A stretch of 32,000 nucleotides of DNA, taken from the NCBI RefSeq assembly GCF_900187275.1, contig NZ_LT906458.1:1050001-1082000 (forward strand). Direction: 5' to 3'. Position 1 is the stretch's first letter; every line of letters begins with the position of its first letter. The DNA comes from Pasteurella multocida. Its GTDB lineage: Bacteria > Pseudomonadota > Gammaproteobacteria > Enterobacterales > Pasteurellaceae. This document shows, piece by piece, positions 11,313 to 20,567 of this stretch. A program made the position numbers and the translations under genes. The notes beneath the pieces were generated by a model that made no database searches, was not told where the DNA came from, and was given only the letters and a program-made list of their open reading frames with translations.

Positions 11313-11347
11313 AAGGTGCTGTGGCGAATACGTCATTGCACCTTTTT
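11313..11347 (+). terminator. Intercistronic terminator/attenuator-like hairpin between dctP and dctQ
   Basis: AAGGTGC (11313-11319) and GCACCTT (11338-11344), with inner TGGCG/CGTCA pairing, followed by TTTATA. Confidence 0.5.
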
Positions 11348-11365
11348 ATATGCTTGGAGGAGTAA

Positions 11366-11992
11366 ATGTCTTCACTCAAATGGTTTTGGGAACGTTTTGA
11401 AGAATGCCTGATTTCAATTTTGTTAGCAATCATGACTCTCGTCACGTTCTTCTATGTGGTTTTCAATAACTTATACAATGTGTTTTTCGATTTAGCGGAT
11501 CGTTATCCGAGTATCGCGGGTATTGCTGAACCGATTGGCGAATTTATTATGAATGTGGCGCAAGAAATGACTTGGAGTATCGCTATTACCAAAGCCTGTT
11601 TCGGCTGGCTCATTTTCTTTGGCGCCTCTTATGGTGTGCGCACAGCAGGACATATTGGTGTCGATGCTGTTGTGAAACTCTTTGCGCGTTCAACACAGCG
11701 TACTCTTGGCATCATCGCATGCACTGTTTGCATTATTTATGGGATCTTAATTGCTTCTGCCAGTTATGAATGGATTAATGCCATGTATATCGCCAACATT
11801 GGGGCAGATGATTTACATCATTTTGATATCAAACTTTGGCAAATTGGCATGATTATGCCGATTGGGTTTACCTTAATTGGTATTCGTTTTATTGAAATTT
11901 TAGTTCGTATTTTACGCGGTAAACAAGTGGGATTAGGGCTTGCTGATGAGAGCGGTGATGCGATGAAGCTCGCACAAGGAGAAGAAAAATGA
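11366..11992 (+). CDS. dctQ: TRAP transporter small permease (DctQ family)
   Basis: 208 aa with about 4 hydrophobic segments. GGAGGAG SD is present. Its 4-nt overlap with the next gene (ATGA) is typical of dctQM. Confidence 0.85.
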   Translation: MSSLKWFWERFEECLISILLAIMTLVTFFYVVFNNLYNVFFDLADRYPSIAGIAEPIGEFIMNVAQEMTWSIAITKACFGWLIFFGASYGVRTAGHIGVDAVVKLFARSTQRTLGIIACTVCIIYGILIASASYEWINAMYIANIGADDLHHFDIKLWQIGMIMPIGFTLIGIRFIEILVRILRGKQVGLGLADESGDAMKLAQGEEK

Positions 11993-13272
11993 CCGTCATT
12001 GCACTTTTTATTTTACTTTTCTTATTAATGTTCCTAGGTGTGCCCATTGCCATTTCTCTCGGGCTATCTGGTGCCATTGTCATCATGCTGTTTAGCCAAG
12101 ATTCCTTGAGTTCATTAGCAATCAAATTATTTGAAACCTCAGAACATTACACGTTACTCGCTATCCCCTTCTTCTTACTTGCTGGTGCATTTATGACCAC
12201 CGGTGGGGTGGCGAAGCGTTTAATTGACTTTGCCAATGCAACCGTTGGACACATTCGCGGTGGTTTAGCGATTGCCTCCGTCATGTCCTGCATGTTATTT
12301 GCCGCGTTATCTGGTTCGAGCCCAGCAACAGTGGCAGCAGTCGGTTCAATTGCGATTGCTGGTATGGTTCGCTCAGGCTATCCGATTGGCTTTGGTACTG
12401 GGATTATTTGCAATGCGGGCACCTTAGGGATTTTAATTCCGCCTTCAGTCGTTATGGTCGTCTATGCTGCCGCGACAGAAACCTCGGTAGGTAAACTTTT
12501 CATGGCAGGTGTTGTACCGGGCTTATTACTAGGGGTTGCATTGATGGTGGCAATCTATATTGTCGCACGCATTAAAAATCTGCCTGCCCAGCCGCGTGCC
12601 AGTGTAAAAGAGTGGTTCCGAGCTGCACGTAAAGCGATTTGGGGTTTACTCTTAATGGTGATTATCCTAGGCGGTATTTATAGTGGTATCTTCACACCGA
12701 CTGAAGCGGCTGCAGTGGCGGCAGTTTATTCCTTTGTTGTCGCGGTATTTATCTACAAAGACATTAAATTAAGTGAATGTCCACGCGTGTTATTAGAATC
12801 GGGCAAATTGAGCGTTATGCTAATGTTCATTATTGCTAACGCAATGCTGTTTGCCCATGTATTAACCACCGAACAGATTCCGCAATTAATTACTGAAACC
12901 GTGACGAAAATGGAACTCTCACCTTGGATGTTCCTGATTGTCGTCAATATCGTGTTGCTGATTGCTGGTGCCTTTATGGAGCCATCGGCGATTATTTTAA
13001 TTCTTGCACCGATTTTATTCCCTATTGCAGTACAACTCGGAATCGATCCGATTCATTTAGGGGTTATCATGGTGGTGAATATGGAAATCGGGATGATTAC
13101 ACCGCCAATCGGGCTCAACCTCTTTGTTGCTTCTGCGGTGTCTAAAATGCCATTAACCGCGGTGATTCGTGCAGCAACGCCATGGTTAATGCTCTTACTC
13201 GCCTTCCTCATCGCTATTACTTATATCCCAGCGATTTCAATGGCGTTACCAAATTGGATGGGGATTCATTAA
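11989..13272 (+). CDS. dctM: TRAP transporter large permease (DctM family)
   Basis: 427 aa, polytopic, with DctM-like N-terminus (LGVPIA.SLG) and length. Confidence 0.9.
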   Translation: MTVIALFILLFLLMFLGVPIAISLGLSGAIVIMLFSQDSLSSLAIKLFETSEHYTLLAIPFFLLAGAFMTTGGVAKRLIDFANATVGHIRGGLAIASVMSCMLFAALSGSSPATVAAVGSIAIAGMVRSGYPIGFGTGIICNAGTLGILIPPSVVMVVYAAATETSVGKLFMAGVVPGLLLGVALMVAIYIVARIKNLPAQPRASVKEWFRAARKAIWGLLLMVIILGGIYSGIFTPTEAAAVAAVYSFVVAVFIYKDIKLSECPRVLLESGKLSVMLMFIIANAMLFAHVLTTEQIPQLITETVTKMELSPWMFLIVVNIVLLIAGAFMEPSAIILILAPILFPIAVQLGIDPIHLGVIMVVNMEIGMITPPIGLNLFVASAVSKMPLTAVIRAATPWLMLLLAFLIAITYIPAISMALPNWMGIH

Positions 13273-13291
13273 GTTTACTCAATGTTAAGCT

Positions 13292-13318
13292 AAAAGCCCC
13301 TGATAACAGGGGCTTTTT
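13292..13318. terminator. Bidirectional intrinsic terminator between convergent dctM and gloC
   Basis: AAAAGCCCCTG-ataa-CAGGGGCTTTTT. Confidence 0.85.
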
Positions 13319-13329
13319 CTTTCTCGCAT

Positions 13330-13959
13330 TTAGCGCACAAAGGGATTGTGCTGCTTTTCTTGACCGATAGTGGTATAGGGTCCATGCCCAGCAACAATAA
13401 TCATGTCATCGCCTAAAGGATATAATTTCTCTTTAATAACACTCAACAAGGTCGCGTGATCGCCCCCTTGAAAATCCGTGCGCCCAATACTTTGCTTAAA
13501 GAGCACATCACCAGTAAAGGCAATTCGCTTTTCGTGTTCGATAAACCCAATATGCCCCGGGGTGTGTCCTGGTAGGTGCAGTACTTCAAATTGCATATCC
13601 CCAACTTGGATAATCTCGCCTTCGTTATTTAACCAACGATCTGGCGTAAAGGCTGGAATTTCAAACAGACCAAATTTTTGCGATTGTGCTGGTAATGCAT
13701 TAAACCAGTATTCATCTTGTGAATTAGGACCAATTATCTCTACGTTAAAATGCGCCTTCAATTTTGGTGCCGCCCCCACATGGTCAAGATGTCCATGTGT
13801 CAATAAAATAGTTTGTAAATTCAAGTCCAACTCTTCAATTCGCTTAATCAATTTTTCCGCGTCACCACCGGGATCAATAATTGCCGCATTACGCTTCTCA
13901 TCCCAAATTAAAGAACAATTTTGCTGAAAAGCAGTAACCGGAATAATTTCAATATTCAT
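13330..13959 (-). CDS. gloC: MBL-fold hydrolase, YcbL/GloC type (hydroxyacylglutathione hydrolase-like)
   Basis: 209 aa with the THGHLDH metal motif. Colinear with E. coli YcbL as recalled (IIPVTAF.QNCSLIW..., HTPGH, NPF). Confidence 0.85.
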   Translation of the reverse strand: MNIEIIPVTAFQQNCSLIWDEKRNAAIIDPGGDAEKLIKRIEELDLNLQTILLTHGHLDHVGAAPKLKAHFNVEIIGPNSQDEYWFNALPAQSQKFGLFEIPAFTPDRWLNNEGEIIQVGDMQFEVLHLPGHTPGHIGFIEHEKRIAFTGDVLFKQSIGRTDFQGGDHATLLSVIKEKLYPLGDDMIIVAGHGPYTTIGQEKQHNPFVR

Positions 13960-13988
13960 GCTATCTCTCTATGACTAAATAAGAAGAA

Positions 13989-14008
13989 AACCGCACAAAA
14001 GTGCGGTT
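13989..14008 (-). terminator. USS-derived hairpin downstream of mepK, 30 nt upstream of the gloC start
   Basis: AACCGCAC-aaaa-GTGCGGTT. The minus-strand reading is followed by TTTTCTTCTT. Confidence 0.5.
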
Positions 14009-14031
14009 CAATACGGAAAAGTTTTATTTTA

Positions 14032-14592
14032 TCAACTGCCACGCCATGTACGAACAGGACCAGTATCCACATGAATAAAATTACTGCGCGGATAATATCC
14101 TACCCCACCATTATTCAGTTTTTCTGCTGCTTGACGAAGTTTTGCTAATGGTACGCCATCAATACGGAAATCAATCGCTTGTCCACGTGTATGATAACTG
14201 TTACTGGCTACACCACGGCTTCTACGATGCATCGCCGCATTACTCACTGGTGAGCGATAACCACAAATAATTTGGATTTCAGTATTACGTAAACCTAAGC
14301 TGGCTTGTAAACGATAAAATTTTAAAAACAGTTTTGGATCCATTCTATGCATATGATTATTACGTTTATCACGCATTAAATAATCCAATTTCTTAAGTGC
14401 GACAGAGGAAAAGCCTTTGCTTGGCAAAAACTCTGCACTAAATTTATCCCCTGTATTAATGTTTCTGAAACGTAAAATACGTGGTTTAGGTGTCGAAACC
14501 GCTGCCAACAAAGGACTCGGTAACAAAGATGCGCCTAATACGATCCCACCTAAAGATAACCATTTACGGCGAGTATGGTTAATACTATTCAT
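14032..14592 (-). CDS. mepK: YcbK/MepK-family peptidase M15 (DUF882), Tat-exported murein endopeptidase
   Basis: 186 aa with twin-arginine signal (TRRKWLSLGG) and conserved SGYRS...SYH..G.A.DF...GGVGYYP.SNF.H.DTGP blocks, as in E. coli YcbK. Confidence 0.88.
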   Translation of the reverse strand: MNSINHTRRKWLSLGGIVLGASLLPSPLLAAVSTPKPRILRFRNINTGDKFSAEFLPSKGFSSVALKKLDYLMRDKRNNHMHRMDPKLFLKFYRLQASLGLRNTEIQIICGYRSPVSNAAMHRRSRGVASNSYHTRGQAIDFRIDGVPLAKLRQAAEKLNNGGVGYYPRSNFIHVDTGPVRTWRGS

Positions 14593-14685
14593 TATGTCAA
14601 TTTCTCTATGTTATTTCATGCTTAGTTTGACCAACGTAATTAACATTCGTTCTCAAAAAGAACAAAACGCACTTATTTTACCTAT

Positions 14686-14709
14686 TTCCCCCTAAAAAGA
14701 AAGGGGGAA
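14686..14709. other. Hairpin TTCCCCCT/AGGGGGAA between ldtD and mepK
   Basis: 8-bp stem (14686-14693 and 14702-14709) with an 8-nt A-rich loop. Neither strand has a convincing U-tract. Confidence 0.4.
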
Positions 14710-14736
14710 TGTGTTCAATTTGTGACGAGAGTCTGA

Positions 14737-16239
14737 TTAATTTAAATACTTTTTAACGATAGCCCAATTAATGTAGCTTAAATTTGGGGTGACATCATAA
14801 CCATAAATATCAGGTAAAGTATGTGTTTTACCATTGTTGACCCATGCGGTCACATAATATAGAAAGACCGGATTATTCGAAGCCACATTAACTGAGATCG
14901 TTTTACGACTTTTTACAGTATTCACTTTACGTTCTTCAGTCCAGCCCGCCTCTTTTAGAAGCACACTAGCTAATTCATCTGCTTTTTCTACTCGGACACA
15001 GCCTGAGCTTAATGCTAAATCTTTCTTTGCAAACAAGCCTCTGCTTGGTGTATCGTGCAAATAGATGGCATCCGAACTTGGCATATTAAACTTAAAGTTA
15101 CCTAATGCACTGTCTCCCGGTGCCTGACGTAAACGGTAAGGAAATTTTTTCGCCGTCATATTTTCCCAATCAATCGTATAAGGATCGATAGTTTTTCCTT
15201 TACTGTCAATAATCGTATAACCATTACGATAGATATAACTTGGATCTTTACGTACACGTGGAATGATATCTTCATTAATCAAACGTGTCGGGGTGTTCCA
15301 AGGTGGATTCACGACAACATCACTTAATTTACTGTAAAGCACAGGGGTTTTACGCGCTTTTTTGCCGACAATTACTTTAGAGGTCAAAATCAGTTTACCA
15401 TCACGATAATAATGCAATTGGTAGCTTGGAATATTGACAAATAAGCCATTGTCGAAAGTAGGAATAACACGTAAACGTTGGGCATTAATTGCAATTTTAT
15501 ATAATTGTGCCAGCTTATCATTATCCATCCCTTCTGCATTAAATAAAGAAGGTAGCTGCGCTATCGTCTGACGATATAATGGATTTTGTGTTGAAAGTGA
15601 CGTTAAAAAGTCCGCACTTTTCCCCATTGCAACAGCAGATAACCATGCATGAATCTGTTCATCACGAGGTAATGCTGGTTTATAGTTATTCGCGCTATAT
15701 AACCATTTTTGTGCGGATTTACTCACATTGTTGGCATAATACATGTAATCTAAAAAGGTATCGGTGAGTAATGCATCACGTTCAAAGCTACCTTCTGACG
15801 TCGAGTCAATATGTTCAAGAATCGTGGAAGCTTGTTTAGAAATCCCACTGAGAACTAACGCAGCATACTCACGTAAGAATTGTTGTTCCGTTGCCTTATC
15901 TTGCCAAAGTAATTGGAAATCATTATCTGCATAAATTTTCGCAACAGTTGACTTAAATTGTAATTCAATTTGCCCTAACTTATCCGTTAATGTTTGTTCT
16001 GCGAGCGCTTGTTTTTCTGCTGCAAGACGTTCCTCTTCCAGTTTCTTTTCTGCTGCTAATTGTGCTTCAATGGCTTTAGTTTCTAACTCAAGCTGTTGAC
16101 GTGTTAAAAGATCGGCCTCTTGTACCGTATCAATAATTGGATTAGGCAACGACTCTTGATTAGCAAATACGCTCGTTGAACAAGCACAAGAAAACAGCAA
16201 GGCTAATTGTGCAAATTTAAATGATTTTATCTTTAACAT
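14737..16239 (-). CDS. ldtD: L,D-transpeptidase, YcbB/LdtD family
   Basis: Start moved to ATG 16239, giving signal peptide MLKIKSFKFAQLALLFSCACSTSVFA, with AAGGAAC SD. The YkuD catalytic motif is present (YLHDTP...SSGCVRV). It is adjacent to ycbK and ycbL homologs, as in E. coli. Confidence 0.85.
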   Translation of the reverse strand: MLKIKSFKFAQLALLFSCACSTSVFANQESLPNPIIDTVQEADLLTRQQLELETKAIEAQLAAEKKLEEERLAAEKQALAEQTLTDKLGQIELQFKSTVAKIYADNDFQLLWQDKATEQQFLREYAALVLSGISKQASTILEHIDSTSEGSFERDALLTDTFLDYMYYANNVSKSAQKWLYSANNYKPALPRDEQIHAWLSAVAMGKSADFLTSLSTQNPLYRQTIAQLPSLFNAEGMDNDKLAQLYKIAINAQRLRVIPTFDNGLFVNIPSYQLHYYRDGKLILTSKVIVGKKARKTPVLYSKLSDVVVNPPWNTPTRLINEDIIPRVRKDPSYIYRNGYTIIDSKGKTIDPYTIDWENMTAKKFPYRLRQAPGDSALGNFKFNMPSSDAIYLHDTPSRGLFAKKDLALSSGCVRVEKADELASVLLKEAGWTEERKVNTVKSRKTISVNVASNNPVFLYYVTAWVNNGKTHTLPDIYGYDVTPNLSYINWAIVKKYLN

Positions 16240-16268
16240 CACATAGTTCCTTAACATAAATGAGAAAA

Positions 16269-16300
16269 TGACCGCTACTCTCATGATGAAAGTGCGGTCA
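16269..16300 (-). other. Imperfect USS-pair hairpin between prc and ldtD
   Basis: TGACCGC (16269-16275) and GCGGTCA (16294-16300), with a perfect USS at 16290-16298. The minus-strand reading is followed by ATTTTCTCATTT. Confidence 0.4.
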
Positions 16301-16308
16301 AAATAAAA

Positions 16309-18360
16309 CTAGTTTGTGCTTTTCTGATTCATACCCATTTTTTCGGTTTCAAACTGAACAAGATCAGCTGCCATTCTCTCTGCTTCTTTTAAATAAAAAT
16401 CTGGCGCCTCATAATCTTTTGCTAAATCATCCAGATCTTTTAATGGTTTTTTACCCTCACGTTTAAAGCGTGCATTTAAGTCTTTTAAACGTCTTGCATC
16501 ATCTTTATCATTTTCAACTTTGCGCTTTTGATAATTCAACGACAAATATTTTAATGCGTTTCTTTCATCACGAATTTTAAGCTCTTCATTTAATGCGACA
16601 AATTCGGGATCTTTAGCTATGCGTTCAACATGTTTTGGCGTTAAGAACGCTACTGCATCACGCGCTTGTGCGACTTCAAAGTAATTTGCGGCAGGAATTT
16701 TATCCCAAGGCAACGCATTATCTTCTCTTTCCTCACCATATTCTTTCGCATCAATCGCAGCGGGGAAATCAATGTCGGTTGCCACGCCTTTTAATTGAGT
16801 ACTTCCACCATCAATACGATAAAACTTCTGAATAGTATATTGAATCAGACCTAAAGGTTCTTGATTGGCATCGAACGCAAAGTTTAACGAACGACTTTGC
16901 TGTACTGTTCCCTTACCAAAAGTATTCTGCCCAATAATAATTCCACGATTATAATCCTGCATTGCGGCAGCAAAAATCTCTGAAGCCGAAGCACTAAAAC
17001 GGTTAATCATCACTAATAAAGGTCCAGAATAAACTTGTTCACTGTCTGGATCTTCATGAACGCGAATACGTTGAAAAGCATCGCGCACTTGGACAATCGG
17101 TCCATCGCTAATAAATAAACCGCTTAACCCAACCGCTTCGGTTAATGCGCCACCGCCATTATCGCGTAAGTCAATAATTAAGGCTTTTGCTTTTTTCGTT
17201 TTCATTTCAGTCAATAATTTTCTCACATCTTGTGTCAATCCAATGTAAAAACTTGGAATCTTAATTGAGGCGACAATTTGCCCCTCTACTTTGCTGATTG
17301 TGAGTTTTGCGGCTTGATCTTCAATACGAACTTTATCGCGCACTAAGGTAATAATCTTAGATTTGCCCCCTTTCGCAGGCTCAATTTCTAAACGCACTTT
17401 TGTGCCTTTCTTACCTTTAATTTTGTCAACAATATCTTCTAAACGCCAACCTACAACATCTTCAATTTCACCGCTAGCTTGCCCTACACCAATAATGCGG
17501 TCACCTGCTTTCAATTTTTTGCTCCGTTCTGCAGGTGCCCCTGGCACTAATGATTTAATCGTTGTCCCATCATCTTCCGTTTGTTGTAATGTCGCGCCAA
17601 TCCCTTCTAACGACAGGTTCATACTTTCGTTAAAACTTTTCGCTGTTCTCGGTGCCAAATAGCTTGTGTGCGGATCCACTTCTCGTGCAAAGGCATTTAA
17701 ATACACCTGAAGAATGTCATCTGCTTTAGTCTGGGTTAAACGACGAATCGCCAAATCATAACGTTTAATTAAACGTTTCTTAATATCAGACCATTTTTTA
17801 TCTTTTAATTTCTGATTGATAATGTCGTTTTTAACTCGTTGTTCCCACAACTTATCTAATTCTGCGTTGTCTTTTGGCCACGGGGATTTCTCACGATCGA
17901 TTTCAATTTGATCCTGACCCGATAAATCAGGCTCTTTATCTAATAAAGAAAGCGCGTATTTATAACGATCATAGCGTCTTTTCATCATTAAATCGTACAT
18001 TGCAAAGGCAATACTTAAATCCCCTTCATTTAATGCATCATCAAACTTATCGGCATATTTTGCGCGCATTTCATCAATATCAGATTGTAGAAAAGTATTT
18101 CGGCTAAAATCTAATGACTTAAGATAACGCTCAAAAATTTTCTCAGAAAACGCGTCATTTAACTGGAACTTACGATAATGACTTTGCGTTAAACGGGTTG
18201 TCGCACGTTTTGTCGCTAATTGATTTTCTTCCGTAGGTTGTGGCGTAACAATATCGCTTAATTTGATTTTTGGCTGTACTGCCTCGACAAGATTAAAGCT
18301 CATTAAGAAAGTACTTAACAAAAACGTTGCTAAATAACTTTTTGTTTTACTCAATTTCAT
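16309..18360 (-). CDS. prc: Tail-specific (C-terminal processing) protease
   Basis: 683 aa with a signal peptide, a PDZ region and the S41 catalytic block (NRFSASASEIFA...GTVQ). GGAAGGTGA SD is present. Confidence 0.95.
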   Translation of the reverse strand: MKLSKTKSYLATFLLSTFLMSFNLVEAVQPKIKLSDIVTPQPTEENQLATKRATTRLTQSHYRKFQLNDAFSEKIFERYLKSLDFSRNTFLQSDIDEMRAKYADKFDDALNEGDLSIAFAMYDLMMKRRYDRYKYALSLLDKEPDLSGQDQIEIDREKSPWPKDNAELDKLWEQRVKNDIINQKLKDKKWSDIKKRLIKRYDLAIRRLTQTKADDILQVYLNAFAREVDPHTSYLAPRTAKSFNESMNLSLEGIGATLQQTEDDGTTIKSLVPGAPAERSKKLKAGDRIIGVGQASGEIEDVVGWRLEDIVDKIKGKKGTKVRLEIEPAKGGKSKIITLVRDKVRIEDQAAKLTISKVEGQIVASIKIPSFYIGLTQDVRKLLTEMKTKKAKALIIDLRDNGGGALTEAVGLSGLFISDGPIVQVRDAFQRIRVHEDPDSEQVYSGPLLVMINRFSASASEIFAAAMQDYNRGIIIGQNTFGKGTVQQSRSLNFAFDANQEPLGLIQYTIQKFYRIDGGSTQLKGVATDIDFPAAIDAKEYGEEREDNALPWDKIPAANYFEVAQARDAVAFLTPKHVERIAKDPEFVALNEELKIRDERNALKYLSLNYQKRKVENDKDDARRLKDLNARFKREGKKPLKDLDDLAKDYEAPDFYLKEAERMAADLVQFETEKMGMNQKSTN

Positions 18361-18452
18361 TTCACCTTCCTAAAAAGAAAATACAATTTATGATTAATCA
18401 CTTTGATCAATAAATGCCACCTTATTTGATGGCATTTTGTACTTATTTCATC

Positions 18453-19085
18453 TTATGCAAACAGATGTTCAGCTGTGACAGTGATGACTAAGCCATTTTC
18501 TAATTGTACACGGGCAGAGTCTTTTATCACTTCAAGCACAATCGCCTTTTTAGCACTCTCACCCACTTTCACTTTCACACTGTCACCTTTTTGTAAACTC
18601 GCTAACTCAATCGCGTTTAAAATCACTTTCGGTTTACGTGTCACTTTGGCTTTATTGGCGGTTGTCTCTTTCGCATGTTGTCCTTTTGCCGCAACACGAC
18701 GAGCAGGACGTTTTTTTTCAGGTTTAGCTGCTTTCTCTGCTGCACGCATTGCAGCAACTTTAGCTTTTGCTTCCGCTAACTGTTGTGCAGCATGTTCGGC
18801 ATGCTCTTGTTCTAAAATACCACACGCATTTCCTTGCAAATCAACACGCTCAGCCCCAGCTTTACAGCCATGCAAATAACGCCAATTTGACGTGTACGCA
18901 CGTAATGCTTGACGTAATTGTGTTTTACTTACACGTTCATCATCTTGCAATGCCTCAGCTAAGTCTTGGAATAAACCAATTTTTAACGGTTTTGCTTCCC
19001 CTTCTAATGAAAAACAAAGTGGAAACTTTTCCACTAAATAGGCAATCACTTCTTTATTATTCGTTAATTTTTGGACTTCGGTCAT
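18453..19085 (-). CDS. proQ: RNA chaperone ProQ
   Basis: Start moved to ATG 19085 (MTEVQKLTNNKEVIAYLVEKFPLCF...), which matches the FinO-like ProQ N-terminus, with AGGAAA SD. A Lys/Ala-rich linker and a Tudor-like C-terminus follow. It lies upstream of prc, as in E. coli. Confidence 0.92.
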   Translation of the reverse strand: MTEVQKLTNNKEVIAYLVEKFPLCFSLEGEAKPLKIGLFQDLAEALQDDERVSKTQLRQALRAYTSNWRYLHGCKAGAERVDLQGNACGILEQEHAEHAAQQLAEAKAKVAAMRAAEKAAKPEKKRPARRVAAKGQHAKETTANKAKVTRKPKVILNAIELASLQKGDSVKVKVGESAKKAIVLEVIKDSARVQLENGLVITVTAEHLFA

Positions 19086-19310
19086 TCTTTTTTCCTGAGT
19101 GTCAATTTTTAAATAGAAAAACTCAGCATAGTTTAGCTCACTTTCGGAAAAAATGACAATTATATCCTCACACAAATACATTAATTTACGTTCATAAAAG
19201 CAGTATCCATAAAAGAAAGATAGGCGTGACATTCTCTGACGGGGATATTTCCAAAACTTTTTAGACAGGATAGAATGTGGCTCTGTTTATTACACGTGGC
19301 ATGTAACTGA

Positions 19311-20567
19311 ATGACAAAAAATACCGCTCAACGCCCTCTACATGAATTAGCCTGTTGCTCAGATTGTGATGCAGTTGTGTCTTTTCCAACCTTACAAAGC
19401 GAACAACTGGCAGAATGTCCCCGCTGTCATCATGTGATCAAAACAACGGATCGTTGGAGCCTCCATCGTTGTGCCATGATTGCACTGTCTATCCTCATTT
19501 TAATGCCCTTTGCGTTAAAATTTCCACTTCTTAGCATTGATTTATTAGGTACCAAAATTGATGCGTCGGTTTGGGGTGGCGTTTGGAAAATGGCTACCCA
19601 AGGTTATCCCTATACTGCCTTTTTAGTGTTTATTTGTGCTGTTTTTATGCCTATTTCTTTTGCATTGCTTGTTTTACTTCTACGCCTCTCACAATTACTG
19701 AGAGTAAAACCGCGTAATCTTTTAATTTCTCTCGCGCATATCAAACCTTGGGTGATGTTTGATGTTTACTTAGTTGCCTTAGCGGTGACAATGTTTAAAG
19801 TGAAAGAATACGCCACGTTAGAAATTGATATTTATCTGATTGCTTTTGTTTTTACTGCGCTTTTAACAACATTGCTTTTTATCAAATTAAATCCTAAGGA
19901 ATTGTGGAATGAATTCTACCCACAGCAACATTCACTCAATGCGATTCCACAAGATAATAAACCGCACTACTGTTTTGAATGCCAGTACAGTTTTATGCAC
20001 GCTATGCATGATCGTCAACAGCGTGCAATTTGCCCTCGTTGTCATTCTACTTTACACTTATCAGCGCATATTAAGCTACAACGCACATGGGCCACCTTAA
20101 TTGCAGGGATTATTATGATTTTCCCAGCCAATTTGTTACCCATTTCCGTGGTGTATGTCAATGGCGCACCCAGTGCGGATACATTAATGTCTGGTGTATT
20201 AAGTTTTATTGATATGGGAAGTTACTTTGTCGCCTTTATTGTTTTTGTTGCCAGTATTTTTGTCCCCATCAGTAAAATTATGATTATGTTATATTTATTA
20301 ATTTGTGTGCATTTTCAATTAAGACACTCAATCAAATGGCAAATGCGACTACTCCACTTTGTCCATTTTGTCGGGCGTTGGTCCATGCTTGACCTCTTTG
20401 TTTTAGCATTGATGATGTCATTAGTAACACGTGGACAAATTATCGATTTTTCTGTTGGTCCCGCGGCCTTTTACTTTGGTATTGCCGTTTTTTTAACAAT
20501 GATTTCTACTTCACAATTTGATAGCCGATTACTTTGGAAAATTTATGACAAACAAACAGCACGATAA
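19311..20567 (+). CDS. letA: PqiA-family inner-membrane protein, LetA (YebS) type
   Basis: 418 aa with two Cys-x2-Cys pairs in each half (CSDCD...CPRCHH; CFECQ...CPRCHS) and the conserved GRWSMLD.FV motif. Colinear with E. coli YebS as recalled. Confidence 0.85.
   Translation: MTKNTAQRPLHELACCSDCDAVVSFPTLQSEQLAECPRCHHVIKTTDRWSLHRCAMIALSILILMPFALKFPLLSIDLLGTKIDASVWGGVWKMATQGYPYTAFLVFICAVFMPISFALLVLLLRLSQLLRVKPRNLLISLAHIKPWVMFDVYLVALAVTMFKVKEYATLEIDIYLIAFVFTALLTTLLFIKLNPKELWNEFYPQQHSLNAIPQDNKPHYCFECQYSFMHAMHDRQQRAICPRCHSTLHLSAHIKLQRTWATLIAGIIMIFPANLLPISVVYVNGAPSADTLMSGVLSFIDMGSYFVAFIVFVASIFVPISKIMIMLYLLICVHFQLRHSIKWQMRLLHFVHFVGRWSMLDLFVLALMMSLVTRGQIIDFSVGPAAFYFGIAVFLTMISTSQFDSRLLWKIYDKQTAR

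Noticed and set aside
13182-13370. 62-aa plus-strand ORF spanning the dctM 3' end, the terminator and the gloC 3' end
   Set aside because: It crosses a strong bidirectional terminator and overlaps two real genes in other frames, so it is spurious.
13478-13927. 149-aa plus-strand ORF inside gloC
   Set aside because: It lies entirely antisense to a well-supported MBL hydrolase gene. Its Cys/Ser/Pro-rich nonsense composition gives no independent support.
18475-19156. Two overlapping plus-strand ORFs (134 and 129 aa) opposite proQ
   Set aside because: These are shadow frames of the Ala/Lys-rich ProQ linker, whose GCN/AAR codons read as Ala/Phe/Cys-rich antisense. There is no SD or start context.
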